Shown here piece after piece: positions 41,992 through 43,487 of a stretch of DNA of 43,487 nt. The stretch lies in IMG/VR virus record IMGVR_UViG_3300045988_009884. One strand, given 5' to 3'. A model generated the notes under the pieces. The model did no database searches. It was not told where the DNA came from and worked only from the letters and a program-made list of their open reading frames with translations. How positions within the stretch are numbered: the stretch's first letter is position 1; each line of letters opens with the position of its first letter. Position numbers and translations under genes: made by a program. This DNA comes from a virus.

Positions 41992-42929
41992 AACAGGTAA
42001 TTAAATACAAGAACAGAGAAGAGTGGTTGCAGAACCGCTCAAAGGGAATAGGCGCGAGTGAAGCCGGAACGGTTGTTGGTCTCAATCCTTGGGAAACTCC
42101 ATACCAGTTGTGGCGGAGGAAAAAGGGGTTGGATGGACCGAAGGCTGAGAACTTCGCAATGATGGCCGGACACATTCTTGAAGATGCCGTTGCCCAGTTC
42201 TATCAGAGGGAGAGCGGTTGTCAGATCATCAAGGCATCGACCGATGACTTCACTATCCTCAACCCGGAAAATCCAATACTTCGTGTATCTCCAGACCGCA
42301 CCTTCTGGCGTAGTGGAGCAAAGCACAATGAAGCGGAAAAGTCTATCCTCGAATGCAAGACTACTCAGATGCAGATTGATGCCGATGACCTTCCGAAACA
42401 TTGGTTCTGCCAATTGCAAATGAATCTCGGAGTTGGTGAGTACAAGGATGGAGCGTTGGCATGGCTGACTGCCGGGCGAGAATTCGGGTACAGAGATATC
42501 GATTTCGATGCAGAGTTCTTCGGCTGGCTGAAAGGAGAAATCAACACCTTCTGGACTGACTACATCATCGGGGATAAAGAACCGCCAGCCTATAGTGCGG
42601 AAGATGTTCTCTTGAAATCTCCTCTCCATGTAGCTGGTAAGGAAGTGACCGCAACGAAGGAGATACTTGAACAGATTGCCCGGCTTAAGGAACTTAAGGA
42701 ACAAAATAAGAAACTGGAGACCGAGCAGGATGAGATTGAGACGAACTTGAAGTTGTTCTTCGGGGATGCTGAGAGTATCATTTCGGACAACGGAAAGACG
42801 CTGGCAACATGGAAGGCACCGAAGGCATCTGAGAAGTTCGATGCGAAGGCATTCCAGGCAGATCATCCTAAAGCGTGCGCAAAGTACATCAAGACGGTGC
42901 AAGGCGCAAGAAGGTTGCTCATTAAATAA
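41988..42929 (+). CDS. YqaJ/lambda-exonuclease-like recombination exonuclease
   Basis: GIGASEAGTVVGLNPWETPYQLWRRKKG is the hallmark YqaJ N-terminal motif. PD-(D/E)xK-like ...ECKTT follows downstream. Confidence 0.8.
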   Translation: MKQVIKYKNREEWLQNRSKGIGASEAGTVVGLNPWETPYQLWRRKKGLDGPKAENFAMMAGHILEDAVAQFYQRESGCQIIKASTDDFTILNPENPILRVSPDRTFWRSGAKHNEAEKSILECKTTQMQIDADDLPKHWFCQLQMNLGVGEYKDGALAWLTAGREFGYRDIDFDAEFFGWLKGEINTFWTDYIIGDKEPPAYSAEDVLLKSPLHVAGKEVTATKEILEQIARLKELKEQNKKLETEQDEIETNLKLFFGDAESIISDNGKTLATWKAPKASEKFDAKAFQADHPKACAKYIKTVQGARRLLIK

Positions 42930-42940
42930 ATCTCCTGCTT

Positions 42941-43105
42941 ATGCAGCATTCAACATCAACAACAGACATCAAGGCAATTGTAGGCTATCTCGAAGCCTAC
43001 ATTGCTAAGATGAGGAGCGAGCCACGACTGACAACAAGGGAAATCAACAAGGTCAGACGAGCAACATTGCTCCTCAATAAACTGAAAAAGAAATTATCAT
43101 CATGA
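42941..43105 (+). CDS. Hypothetical 54-aa protein
   Basis: Hand-translated as MQHSTSTTDIKAIVGYLEAYIAKMRSEPRLTTREINKVRRATLLLNKLKKKLSS. ATGA-coupled to the next gene. Confidence 0.4.
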   Translation: MQHSTSTTDIKAIVGYLEAYIAKMRSEPRLTTREINKVRRATLLLNKLKKKLSS

Positions 43106-43487
43106 GTGAATCATTTATCCTATACACGTCAGACTATCAGCTTATCGAAGGATTGACCGATGAGCAGATTGGCCAGCTATCAAGAGCACTATTCATCTAC
43201 GCTAGGGATGGCAGAATCATTGAGCTCGAGCCAGTCGTGCGTATGGCTTTCGTCTTCATCAAAGATAAGATAGACAGAAACCAGCAAAAATACCAGAAGA
43301 AATGCGAGCGTAATCGTGAGAACATTCGTAAACGATGGAATAAATCGAATACGAATGATACCAAAGTAAACGATGGTATACCAAACGATACGACCGTATA
43401 CGAGCGTATACCAAACGATACGACACGATACCATAGTGATAGTGATAGTGATAGTGATAGTGATAGTGATAGTGATAGTGATAGTGA
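43102..43487 (+). CDS. 5' part of the wrap-around replication-organizer-like gene (continues at 1..706)
   Basis: MSESFILYTSDYQLIEGLTDEQIGQLSRALFIYARDG...KKCERNRENIRKRW, then HSDSDSD... runs open to the last base of the window. Confidence 0.65.
   Translation, partial: MSESFILYTSDYQLIEGLTDEQIGQLSRALFIYARDGRIIELEPVVRMAFVFIKDKIDRNQQKYQKKCERNRENIRKRWNKSNTNDTKVNDGIPNDTTVYERIPNDTTRYHSDSDSDSDSDSDSDSDS
43435..43487 (+). repeat. (AGTGAT)n hexanucleotide array, same as 1..55
   Basis: Perfect tandem units to the end of the window. Confidence 0.95.

Larger units (their letters stand above)
1..43487. mobile_element. Complete, circularly permuted genome of a temperate tailed phage (Bacteroidota-type host)
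   Basis: All expected modules are present: terminase, protease/scaffold, capsid, tape-measure-like protein, tail fibre, holin/endolysin/spanin, integrase, CI/Cro-like switch, recombination genes. Both ends lie in the same hexamer array and one ORF reads through the junction. TAnnTTTG promoter motifs occur and no Shine-Dalgarno sequences are seen. Confidence 0.85.

Noticed and set aside
42039-42902. 287-aa minus-strand ORF antisense to the YqaJ-like exonuclease
   Set aside because: The + strand product carries the hallmark YqaJ motif. The antisense ORF is a low-complexity shadow.

Overview
The window looks like one complete, circularly permuted genome of about 43.4 kb from a temperate tailed phage. 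Both ends sit in the same (TAGTGA)n hexamer array, and one ORF (43102..43487 plus 1..706) reads straight across the junction. The host is probably Bacteroidota: five intergenic TAnnTTTG -7 promoter motifs are present, start codons lack Shine-Dalgarno sequences, and the integrase is of the Bacteroides type. Almost everything is on the + strand, and ATGA stop/start overlaps are frequent. Going round the + strand:
- Replication-organizer-like gene with a Ser-Asp repeat, then small early genes.
- RuvC-like resolvase.
- ParB-like, GT-A glycosyltransferase-like and radical SAM trio.
- Small and large terminase.
- A structural block ending in a 1046-aa tape-measure-like protein.
- A new promoter, then ClpP-type protease/scaffold, capsid and portal-like genes.
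- More structural genes, then an 824-aa tail fibre with a collagen motif.
- A complete diversity-generating retroelement (DGR): target gene with variable repeat (VR), Avd, template repeat (TR), reverse transcriptase (RT).
- Holin, GH19 endolysin and a unimolecular-spanin-like lipoprotein.
- A promoter-driven operon of about 8 small unknown genes.
- On the minus strand, the lysogeny module: tyrosine integrase, HTH proteins, a secreted protein and a CI-like repressor.
- A face-to-face promoter switch, then a Cro-like gene, an Xis-like HTH gene and a RecT-like/YqaJ-like recombination module.

Strongest findings:
1. The DGR. All 17 TR/VR mismatches fall on TR adenines.
2. A candidate promoter-plus-terminator small RNA of about 76 nt next to int. 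Its 5' 12-mer is the exact reverse complement of a 12-mer placed just upstream of the start codons of three dispersed + strand genes.
3. The ParB/glycosyltransferase/radical-SAM cassette upstream of the terminase, a possible DNA or virion modification system.

All functional calls come from motifs read by eye. No database search was possible.
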